A stretch of 64,000 bases of DNA from Epithemia pelagica (lineage: Eukaryota; Protista; Bacillariophyta). The notes under the pieces were generated by a model. The model was not told the origin of the DNA, made no database searches, and saw nothing but the letters and a program-made list of their open reading frames with translations. This document shows, one piece after another, positions 21,897 to 34,972 of the stretch. The stretch lies in the NCBI GenBank assembly GCA_946965045.2, contig OX337233.1, forward strand, positions 3,596,001 to 3,660,000, in the 5' to 3' direction. Within the stretch, counting starts at the first letter, position 1, and each line of letters starts with the position of its first letter. The translations under genes were made by a program, and so were the position numbers.

Positions 21897-24050
21897 AACC
21901 AGGATACCATTGGTTACGATCCATGACTCTAGGAATGGTCTAGGTAGAGAGAGATGCCATACGAGTATACAGGCCAGCCACTGTGATGAGTTGCAATGTC
22001 ACCATCGGTTCTGTTTCCAATCTACCTAGCAATGCAGCACAAAAGTCCAGTGCGACCTGGCTCGGTATTCGTTTCGGAGGAACTTGCTTAACAGGTTATT
22101 CTCGAAGGACCGCGCAAATCTCCAACACATAGATAGGAATATCCTTTCTCAATTGCATCATCTACCTAGGAGGGAGAGTAGTTCCGCCAGTAGCGTACGC
22201 AGAGCCATTGCTGCAGATCCCGCGGCTGCTCTTGGGTAATAGTACGCCTGATTGTCTACGCCTGCTTGTCTTTGGTTCCAGTCCTTCTTTTCGCCATGCT
22301 GATGATTTCTCATGATTGTTCCGATTCCCAAGAACAAAACAGAATCTGTATCGGAGCCTGCCTTCTCACAGAGAATAAGACGTGCAAAACAGGCCGAGTG
22401 TATTAGGGCTGAAAGTATTCCCTCTGGTTGGCATCCTGGCTTTGCGATTAGTGATCGAGGACCAACCTGAGCAATTGTCGTTTATAGTTCATCATCAAGA
22501 CAGCGGGAAACTGCACAATCGACCGACACGGTCACTGTAGGACGGTTGAACAAGGATTCATTCATCCTTGTCGGTGTGTTCCTATAAGTATATTGATTGG
22601 CAGGAACCACCCAGCACATGGATTCTTCCCGCAACCTAACCATGGCATTGGGCTTTGAGTGACGCAGTACTACCACCGAAAGCAAGTAAGCGAGCAAAAC
22701 ATGCCGAGTTCTTGTCCACAAGGGGCAGTGTGCAAACCCAATCTCGAACGACGTTCGAACGTGCCATCGTTGCAATCCCCGTGGAAACGGCGACCGCACG
22801 GCACGAGCGTGTTCGTTCGGGTAAGTTCCACACACGGTTGCGTTGTGTGTCCAGGTTCCACACACGGTTGCGTTGTGTGTCCAGGACCTCCACCATACAC
22901 ACCTCATCCGATTCTTGTCCTTTGTCCCCTCCCACCACAACCAAGCAGGATCCAAGTACAACCACAGCATGGTCACTGCGAGGATGACCAAGAACAAGAT
23001 CCTTGTGGACTTTCCAGGAATTGGTAACTGGGGACAAAGACTGTCCACTTTGAGGTCCTTCTTTCAGCCAGTCATCCAATTGGAGGTATTCCACAGAAGT
23101 TAGGGACTTTAGATATCTCCCCTTTCCACCTACCACATACACAGTTTGACCCACAACAGCCATTCCAAAGTCATACTGAGCGACATTCAACGGTGGCCCA
23201 GATAGGACTCTTTCCGATGACGTGTCCAGAATATCCACTGTTGCCACCGGAAATTTATTATTTCCACCAGCGACGATAATGAATCTGTCACGAACCACCG
23301 CAGCAGCGCAAGCATATCTTGGGCTTGTCAAACGACACTCCAACGTCCTCCATTGTTTCTCATCCTTGGACCCGGTTGATGATAGAGAGAGAAAATCTTT
23401 TACAGGAATCCTTTCAATCGTATCCAAAAGGCTCGAGTCGTTACAGGAGATGCACGTTGTTCCGCCAATGGTATACAGTGCGCCATTGCATACCACGGCT
23501 GCTGTATGGACTCGTAGTTGGTTCGTGGTCGGCCCTTGTCGCCATGCTTTCTCCCCGTTGTCCGTGTTCCAAAACACAATTGAACTTGTAAAAGTGAGAG
23601 TTTCTGAAGTCATACCACTCCACAATAGTCCAAATACCACCACCGTCTGTTCTGATGGGGCTGATGGATGATTCACAATCAACGGTGCGTGGTTCAAAAA
23701 CCGACTTGGAGGAAAGGGAGGCCATTTTGTTTCCTGCCACTGCGGTTCTTCGTCTCCTTGGGAGCCGGCACGGTCCGTAAAAACCAGTCCGGATAACAGC
23801 GCTTGTTCGCGGACGTTGTGCATGGCTGTTGTGTTTTGCTCCGCTATGTCGTTGCTACCTCAGTTCTTCCAACTTGTGGTCAAGATACAAAAGAGCGGAC
23901 AACAACACGGCTTGTTGTCAGGCCACTGGATGCAAGCAATGGAATCAGCTCTTTGCAGCAAGATTGCTGCTGTGCGTTGTAGACTAAAGACAACCAATTC
24001 GGACAACTCTCTCTCTCTTGGATTGTGAGCCTTCCCTTGAAATCCTCGAC
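21897..24050 (-). repeat. Left arm of a ~2-kb inverted segmental duplication (partner ~38255-40257)
   Basis: Reverse-complement matches in non-coding flanks, e.g. CCAGGATACCATTGGTTACGATCCATGACTCTAG vs 40220-40257 and GAGGATTTCAAGGGAA.GGCTCACAATC vs 38257-38285, plus the Kelch CDS. Boundaries approximate. Confidence 0.85.
22636..23823 (-). CDS. Kelch-repeat protein (395 aa)
   Basis: MHNVREQALLSGLV start; repeats ALYTIGG, FIIVAGG, VYVVGG, CLVVVGG; C-motif LPLVDKNSACFARLL. Confidence 0.9.
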   Translation of the reverse strand: MHNVREQALLSGLVFTDRAGSQGDEEPQWQETKWPPFPPSRFLNHAPLIVNHPSAPSEQTVVVFGLLWSGMTSETLTFTSSIVFWNTDNGEKAWRQGPTTNQLRVHTAAVVCNGALYTIGGTTCISCNDSSLLDTIERIPVKDFLSLSSTGSKDEKQWRTLECRLTSPRYACAAAVVRDRFIIVAGGNNKFPVATVDILDTSSERVLSGPPLNVAQYDFGMAVVGQTVYVVGGKGRYLKSLTSVEYLQLDDWLKEGPQSGQSLSPVTNSWKVHKDLVLGHPRSDHAVVVLGSCLVVVGGDKGQESDEVCMVEVLDTQRNRVWNLDTQRNRVWNLPERTRSCRAVAVSTGIATMARSNVVRDWVCTLPLVDKNSACFARLLAFGGSTASLKAQCHG

Positions 24051-24607
24051 CTTTTTTTCAAAATCGGGGTCGATATCTGTCATGTGTGGGTGTGGTGGTG
24101 ATGCAGCTGGCGTTGCAGTCGGTTCCGCGGTCCGTCGGAGGCCGTCTGTGCGCTGTCCGCTTGGAGTTCGGGGGTGTGATGGAATGAGTACAATTCCTTT
24201 TTAAAAATTGTTTCTATACTCTTACAACTTAATACTATAGTAAAATGGGGGTATTGCATAGATTGTACACCCCTGGATTGTCATGGATTCCGATCGACTT
24301 TCCAGAGGTTTGGTATCCACTGGAAAAGGAGCTGGCCGGCAACAAACTCTACGATATCTGCGAGGGTGACGCACTGCCTAAAATCAAGACAAACGCTAAG
24401 ACGTTCCTCACCCCTGCTGGCCAACCGGTGAGGCAAAGATCTCGCTGTGTCACTGCATGGAAATGGAGCCAAAAAAGTCCATCCACAATCAAAACAATTG
24501 TCCATTGCTCTTGTTGTTGTTGTTCTGCAGTGATTGCATCAATCCCTCTCCATTGATTCATTCTTCCCACAAACGACAGTTCCAGAAGAACCACAACCAC
24601 CACCAGT

Positions 24608-27614
<3,007 letters not shown>

Positions 27615-28485
27615 CCACGAAATATATCATAGGCCTATTATCGATCGAGAATGGGCCGGTCGCCCCCAAACGTTTGGGAGACACAATCTCGCCAGTCGCA
27701 GTCGACAAACTAGTAACCCTAACCTCAATGAACGTACTATCCCTACTATGCTACGGATGATTTATTGTAGGAGTAGGAGTACTCGATACTCGATGCAAAA
27801 GGACGGGACGTCCCCGAGAGCAAGCTATACTCATCTCTCTCTCTACCTAGGTAGGTATTTCTCTCTACTATAGACAAGGAGTCTTCTTCTAGTCGCGATG
27901 CATGTCCAAAGCGAATTCATGAGCAGGAGCACGAGAGAATGACCAGTTTCCTCCGTGGTTCCCACGTGTGTTACTCTACGACTTGTGTGTGTGTGTGTGT
28001 GGAAAACGCACAATCGATGGAACACGGTTGTGGGAGGCTGTGCTCATCTGTTACAGATTGGTGCCGTCCAGTCACTTTTGTTTTGGAGAGAGAGAGAGAG
28101 AGAGAGCGCACTTGTCCACCCACACAAAAAATGTCATACATAGACCACTATACCCAAAACATCTTTGGCACGACCACAACCGTATCCAGACCGTACACGT
28201 GTTTGTCCAACCTCGTTTGGCATTCACCCACAAACGAGTGCAACTCCCAAAAAAGAGAGAGAGAGCGAGAGAGCGAAGGCCACTGTGTCGGAACTGATAC
28301 TCTGCGAGACTCCCATTAGGTAGAGAGTTGAGATTGAGCCGAGTCCACACAAGAGCAACGACTACTGTTCAGACGCTGTGAATCGATCCGTTGGTCTGGC
28401 TGGAGCGAGGATCCCCACCCAACCTAAACCTAACACCAACATACGCTCTGACCTCTGACATTGTTCTTGGTCGGTTTCTTTCCCC

Positions 28486-29292
28486 GTGTGTCTTTCTCGC
28501 CCACACTCATCACTCCTCCTTTTCCTAGTAGGAGTATTATTATTGTCTTTCTCTTATTACAACAACATGTTCCACAAGACGATGGATGATTCACCCAGTG
28601 TCCAGTGTGCCCCAACCAACCAGATGGAGCTCACTGGCAAACTCGGAGTTGCAATTGCCCAACCAACCTTCTGCAACCACAGGGCTCCCCCCGAACCATG
28701 GTTCGGGAAAGAATGGAATGCTTTACAAGTTTGTAGGACTCCATTCACGCATGGTAGAGAATTGCCTCGTCCGTTGAATTGGATCAACTATGTATGCCCT
28801 AACTGTCCAGCATTCGGTTTGCGAATAAAGGCTGCATGCAGTTGAAGTAGCAACTTGTAGAGTACACTCTGGATCACGGTCTACCGACCGTGTATGAAAC
28901 TTGTGCCACAGTGGAATGGCACTCACGAAGGCGATCGTGTCTGGCACGCGAGGCGTGCCAGTGATTTGAGACGTCCTAGCGTCTACTGGAACGAAACTAC
29001 GAGCATTTATTTATTGCAACAGAGGTTCCGTTTCGGACCGTCCCTCTCGAGAGGAGTCCGAAGGAGTCGCTTCCGGACTCGCCCATTGGCATTTCTCATT
29101 TTTTCTCTCCATATATCCTTCTTCACCTTGCCGTTTGCCGTTTGGGTGTTTGGTGTGCGTGATACAAAGAAAACAAAGGACGAAGAACGAAGACCAAAGC
29201 GAATTGTGGGAATGACACTCTACAATAAAAAAAGAGAACATCAGCAGTTCATCCGTGAGAGCATGTGGATCGCACAAGTCGCCTGGTTGTGA
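28486..29292 (+). pseudogene. Possible degenerate secreted or membrane protein gene
   Basis: Signal-anchor-like start MCLSRPHSSLLLFLVGVLLLSF followed by frame breaks; no domain recognised. Confidence 0.25.
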
Positions 29293-29547
29293 AAAAGCAA
29301 GAATTCGATTCACACAATAGAGTAAAAGGTTGTGGAGTGCAGTACTCTCCACAAACCATTGTGCTCTTCGGGAAAGTCTGCATTGATTTGTTGAATGGTG
29401 CATGCCACCTGGGTTTTTGATTCCGTAGTAGGAGAGGTATAGTTTGGAGGTTTGTTGGTTGTGCTTCCGTTTTGATATAGGTATTCGAAGCAAGCAAACA
29501 AAGAACGGCAGAAGCACTGTGTGCGCGCAAGTTTTTGGGAAACCATC

Positions 29548-32500
29548 ATGAAGCCAAACAAGAACAACAGAGAGAACAAGACAAACCATGAGTCGGCCTC
29601 ATGGTTGGTGCCTCCTGGAACCGCAGCAACAGCAAGAGTAATAACCTCGGGCCCTCCACCCTTGCCACCGCCACACAGCAGCAGCAGCAACAACGACAAG
29701 TACAACGCTGCTTTTACGTCCGTCTCCTCCTTGACCTTGAGTCAATTGCAATTGCAATCCTCCAGTACGATCTATCATCGCCGTGGCAGTAGCTTGGTGG
29801 TGGCTGCTCCCTCTCACCCTGCGAGCAACAGCAACAGCAACAGCACTGCCAATCCTGCTACGGGCAGCGGCTTGGTGTCCTGGTCCTCCTCGCATCATTC
29901 CTCGAGCAAGGCGACGGTATCCACACAAGCATTTTCGCACAGTTCCAGTTCGGCCTTGTTGTTGGATTCCTCCTCCTCCTCCTTTTTTGGAGAACCACTC
30001 ATTCTTCAAGAAGTTGCCGTGACGCGAACGACCGAAACTGCCGTCCTTACCAAAGAACAAAATCCGCATGATGGTTGGTTGCAGGAGGAGGAAGACTCGG
30101 AACCCGAAAAAGAAGAATCCGAGGAGGAGACGACCGACCAGAATCCTCCCAGGGAGACCAACCAAACAAGAAGAATACGACCGTTTCCTACCACAATGAC
30201 GAATGCCAGCACAACAACAACTGGAGCCTTGCAACCACTGCTCACCTTTTACGAATTGATTGACTTGTTGCAAAGCACTCGTGAGGATCGTCCACCACCG
30301 CTACTGAATGCAATGGACCATGATTCGAATCGTTACCAGCCGGCTAGTGCTACTCCACTGCCGACAACAACAACAACAACAACTGCCACCACCACGACAA
30401 CAGTGCTGCATCAACTGATTGCTCTCTTGCATTCCGTCAACCATTCGGATGACAAGGACCACCACATTGAGTCAAAACCACCAACACATGCTGGCCTCCT
30501 GGGAAACGAAACAACAACAACAACAACACAAAGAAGCAACTCGAGGGAAGGAGGGACCATGCGTTTGCAACCAAACAAGGGGAAGGAACAACACGATGAA
30601 AACAAAGAAGAGGAGAACGAGACAACCCGCCAAAAGGATCTGCTGTCACACCCAGAGACCCAGCAGGAGGAACGCATGCCACAAACCATCACCAGTCCTG
30701 GTCCGATTCACCCAGCCGAGAGGACACTCTCCTGCATGCGGCACAACCAGCCGCAAGAAGCAGTAGAAGCAGCAACAGCAAACGAAGACGACGAAGACCA
30801 AACGCCTTTGGACACTGCGTCGCAGGATGCCACATCGGCTTGTTGGACGGGTGCCGATTCCAGTTTGGTCCATACCGATCATTCCTGTCATCAAAAACCA
30901 TTGGCTCCGAGTGGCCATGACGATGACGAACCAGACGAAGCATCGTCGATGGATTCCACCCACCAACATGCTGGTGCAGTGGCAACAGTTCCCATGGCTT
31001 CGTCCGTGTGGTTGTGGTCCTTAGATCCTCCTCGTCCTGTACCACCAGCAGTAGCGATAGTAGGAAGCTCCCATGACAATGACGATGAGGAGGAAGACGA
31101 TAGAGCAGCAAACAGTCAACGACACCGACACCGACACCAACATCAACAACGTGGTGGTGGTAGAAGACGACGACGAAGCATTCGATTGGAATATCACGAC
31201 GATGACGATACCGACAGTACGCAAGACGAACAAGGCATTGTAGACTCGGCCGTTCCTACCGATGAGGACTTGGTGACACGGTTGTACGACGCGCACCAAG
31301 AGATTCCGGACGGTGGCGACAAGGACCACGACAATGAAGCGCAAGACGAAGAAGAAGAAGAGGAAGAGGCCGAAGTTTCGTTGGATCCAATGGATTTATG
31401 GAGTGTGACGCGAAGAGGCAACAACAACAACGACAACGAAGAGGAAGTTTCATTGGATCCTTTGGACTTGTGGCACGATGCCATACCCAAACGTTCGAAT
31501 CACAAGCCACGTCACCAACTGGCACAGCCACCCGATCATCCGTTTTGGAGGCGGCTGGCACCACCCCAGCCTTCATCATCCGCGCCAATTACAAGAGTGG
31601 AACAACCACAGGACCCTAGTACGTTCGAAGAGACTTCTGTACGGAGCTCCCACACCAGACCGTGCGCGGTTCAAATTCAGTGGCCTCGGCAATACCCACA
31701 ACATGATGATGATGATGATGATCAGGACGGCGAAAGAAATCAGAGCAATGTAAAGGATTGTGAAGAAGTTAGTTTCAATGTGGAAGATCTTTGGGTGGGA
31801 GAGACTAACGAAACCGCCCAAAGTCAAGGGGACGGTGCCAAACTGATTCAACCATCCCAAACCAAGAAAGCGAGGCAGGAAACTGTTCAGAATGATGACC
31901 ATCATCACTATCATGATTTGGATCATGAAGACCAAGAAGAGCACATGACCAACGAGGATGAATATGATGATGATGATGATGAGAGTTCCTTTACCCTCCA
32001 ATATGAAACAGACTCCGTGGCCAGTTCTGTGACATGGTACGACGATGACTACGACGACGAAGACGAGGAGGAGGAGGCTTCCGACAGGGCCATCGCGCAG
32101 AGTAAAGCAATGCCAAGGATGGCACGAAAATCGAGACCGCGACTGCAGACTCGAGAGAGAAACAGTTATTCGAGACAACGTCACAGGGCAGACGAACCAC
32201 CGCCACTGGAAACAGAACCCAATCATGCGGACCGATCACCATCCCATCAACCCATGGCGTTGCCAATTGGAGTACAAATCCAACTGCAAGAGGAAAGCGA
32301 GAAGAATGCCATGCTAACATCTCCTCCTTGGACCAGTAGAGCAAGTATAACTTCCCCCCGGTTGACGACCAATCTCATGTCCATGACCGGTTCTCCGTTT
32401 GTGTCTCGCCCCATGAATCAGCATCGCCGTCGTCGGCGCCGACGAGAACGGGCGCATCTTCGACCGCATCCTCCCCAAGGCTTTTGGAGTGGGGACAGCG

Positions 32501-33531
32501 GCGGTCCTGTCAGTCCAACCCGATCCTTGCCCACCCCGTCACCTCCTCATGATACCATGAAACGAGTTCCCCACGTCTTTGTCAATCATCCAGCTGCTAG
32601 TAGTACCAGCGATCCACGCGGCAGCAGTATCCAGAATATGACGCATGAAACGGGTGAGGGAGGAGTCGCTGTTGTATCGGCAGCCGCCGAGTATGTCGCA
32701 TCCTTACGGCGCTCCCGTGCCCATCGATTGCAGCAGCAGCAACAGTCCTCCTCGTCTCATGATCAACTCCTTGTTGTAGACGATGACGACGACGACGACG
32801 AAGTGGACCCCGATCTGATGCGAGCATTGATGGAACAGCAAGACCCAGATGACTCGGACAATTCCCTGCAGGACACGACAAACGATGACTGTGGAGAAGC
32901 CAAGCATGGACCACAGGCACAGAAAGAAGACGACGACGAAGAGCCATTACCATCCGCAGCTGCTCCCGACTCCCCATTGGCCATGGCTACCACAACCGGG
33001 GATTCGATTTGGATGTCGGTTGGTGGTGGTGCCTCGCCGTATGGGGAAATGGATTCCTTGGAGTATTATCGCACACGAAACAACAGCACTCAAGAAACTC
33101 GTTCCACCAGTGCTGCCTCCCCTCCACGACGACAACGTCGACGAAGACAGGCAAGTCGACAGCAACACAGTCTTCCCGATCGGCCCAAAGAATCACGCCG
33201 AGCATCAGCTAGCCAAGGTCAACGACGAATTTCGACAGAGCATGGAGGAGGAGAAGAAGAACCGCATCATCAACAACAACAACATGTTCGACATTCGAGC
33301 AGCAGCAACAGCAATACGAGTACGAGCAGTCTCGACATTGTGGACAGTGGATCCTCACCGTCTCCGACCACTGCCACGAATGCTGTTGTCGCCGCCACAA
33401 TGGACTTGCTGCCGCTGACTGGCAGTTCCGTGGTTCTTGGGAGCAGTAGCAACGACGAGTATGCGACAGTGGGGGACGAAGATGGTAACATGTTGTATTC
33501 CGAGAATCATGCACCGGTTCAGGCGGAATAA
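29548..33531 (+). CDS. Large intrinsically disordered protein (~1330 aa), unknown function
   Basis: 4-kb uninterrupted ORF rich in S/T/D/E/Q homopolymer tracts; no domain recognised. Confidence 0.7.
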   Translation: MKPNKNNRENKTNHESASWLVPPGTAATARVITSGPPPLPPPHSSSSNNDKYNAAFTSVSSLTLSQLQLQSSSTIYHRRGSSLVVAAPSHPASNSNSNSTANPATGSGLVSWSSSHHSSSKATVSTQAFSHSSSSALLLDSSSSSFFGEPLILQEVAVTRTTETAVLTKEQNPHDGWLQEEEDSEPEKEESEEETTDQNPPRETNQTRRIRPFPTTMTNASTTTTGALQPLLTFYELIDLLQSTREDRPPPLLNAMDHDSNRYQPASATPLPTTTTTTTATTTTTVLHQLIALLHSVNHSDDKDHHIESKPPTHAGLLGNETTTTTTQRSNSREGGTMRLQPNKGKEQHDENKEEENETTRQKDLLSHPETQQEERMPQTITSPGPIHPAERTLSCMRHNQPQEAVEAATANEDDEDQTPLDTASQDATSACWTGADSSLVHTDHSCHQKPLAPSGHDDDEPDEASSMDSTHQHAGAVATVPMASSVWLWSLDPPRPVPPAVAIVGSSHDNDDEEEDDRAANSQRHRHRHQHQQRGGGRRRRRSIRLEYHDDDDTDSTQDEQGIVDSAVPTDEDLVTRLYDAHQEIPDGGDKDHDNEAQDEEEEEEEAEVSLDPMDLWSVTRRGNNNNDNEEEVSLDPLDLWHDAIPKRSNHKPRHQLAQPPDHPFWRRLAPPQPSSSAPITRVEQPQDPSTFEETSVRSSHTRPCAVQIQWPRQYPQHDDDDDDQDGERNQSNVKDCEEVSFNVEDLWVGETNETAQSQGDGAKLIQPSQTKKARQETVQNDDHHHYHDLDHEDQEEHMTNEDEYDDDDDESSFTLQYETDSVASSVTWYDDDYDDEDEEEEASDRAIAQSKAMPRMARKSRPRLQTRERNSYSRQRHRADEPPPLETEPNHADRSPSHQPMALPIGVQIQLQEESEKNAMLTSPPWTSRASITSPRLTTNLMSMTGSPFVSRPMNQHRRRRRRRERAHLRPHPPQGFWSGDSGGPVSPTRSLPTPSPPHDTMKRVPHVFVNHPAASSTSDPRGSSIQNMTHETGEGGVAVVSAAAEYVASLRRSRAHRLQQQQQSSSSHDQLLVVDDDDDDDEVDPDLMRALMEQQDPDDSDNSLQDTTNDDCGEAKHGPQAQKEDDDEEPLPSAAAPDSPLAMATTTGDSIWMSVGGGASPYGEMDSLEYYRTRNNSTQETRSTSAASPPRRQRRRRQASRQQHSLPDRPKESRRASASQGQRRISTEHGGGEEEPHHQQQQHVRHSSSSNSNTSTSSLDIVDSGSSPSPTTATNAVVAATMDLLPLTGSSVVLGSSSNDEYATVGDEDGNMLYSENHAPVQAE

Positions 33532-34972
33532 TCAAATGCCCCCCAACCATGAGACTGGTTCCAATGAGCTTGCGTTTTCCGAGAAGATAAGGACTCTCTA
33601 GTACCGGGAGTGTCTCTACATATAGCTAGACAAACAAACGACGTGCTAAGACGATCCTTTTTGAATCGGGAATATACATCCACCCGCTTTTGTTTCTCAC
33701 CATTTGTCATATTGTAGTCCAGAAGCTTTTGGTCTCCTTGTGTATCTACTTGATCCCAACATCTATATGGCGCGCATTCTGTGTTGGTCTACCAAAAAAA
33801 AGATACCATTCGTGTCTATTCACGGGGCGAATGGAACCTCCACCATCCTCGGTTTCCCGTCGCACCGTCTGTCTGCCGTTCGATTCGACCGCGGCGGAAC
33901 AGTTGCCACCATGGTGTTCTACCTAGGTTCGAAGGTCCAAAGAAGAGAGAAGCATGTTATGGCGAATGGGGGAGGGGCAATATCCAGCTCGTTGCGCCGA
34001 GAGTGTGGGTGAGCAGAGGCGATGGATGGGAGGAGAAAGCTCTCACTCTGGAAAGCTCCGCATGGTTTGCCGCCATGAAGCTTCAGGGATCGCTCACAGC
34101 TTCTATAAGTACAGTAGCTGCTTTGGACACCAGACATGGTCCAGCAAAACAAGCACAACAACAACAACATTGTTGTGGTTGCCCGTTACGGGAGGTCAAA
34201 TATTCGTTCCGATGTTTCCATCATCACAGTTTCGCTAGTAAGCTTGCAATCAGCAACACCACGTCCTCGGTAGGAACCTCATTGACTATGGTACTGTCTC
34301 TGGGCAAGAATGCTGTTGGCGAAAACTTGGAGGTATTTAAACCCTGCCGAGACAGACTGTGGACATTTTGACCTATAGATTCCAATTGTATCACCGACAA
34401 TCCAAGTAATGTCCGGTAGTATACATTCTAAGTCGAAGTGTCAAAATGGAGTACCGTAAAATGTCCGAAGACAGACCTATGACATTGGATCACTTTGTGT
34501 GGGACGCACACCGCAGACGTCACGGCCAACACACTCCATCCACAATATTAACCGCCAACGTCCAGGCACGCAGGCCCACAAGAGCTCCCGCTCTGCTCCA
34601 TGGCGAGGGGAGAGATCTGCAATCCACATTCCAATTCATCATTTCATCACAATCATCACATCCTTCTCTCATCGATTGGCAGTTCCCCTCTCTGTCAAAG
34701 AAACAAGCCTACGGATTGCAGTGTTGTCGCTCTAGCTTTGGATCCTTGCTCGCGTTCGGACTTGCGCTCTCTATCTCGTATTGCTAGAATTGTGCTTGGT
34801 AACACCGTCTGTCTTTTGTTGGGCCACACACGATATACCGCATCGCACCCATTCGAGTAGTATAATACAAACCAACAAACAACAAGGCACCTTTGTCTCG
34901 GAGACATTCCTGGCAGGCAAGCAACCAAACGTGAAAGTCGTGGTGAGATCCAGACAAGGTTTTTGGAGAGAC

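Noticed and set aside
33690-34780. Several 80-200-aa ORFs between the disordered and KH genes
   Set aside because: No motif and inconsistent frames; at most a decayed relic.
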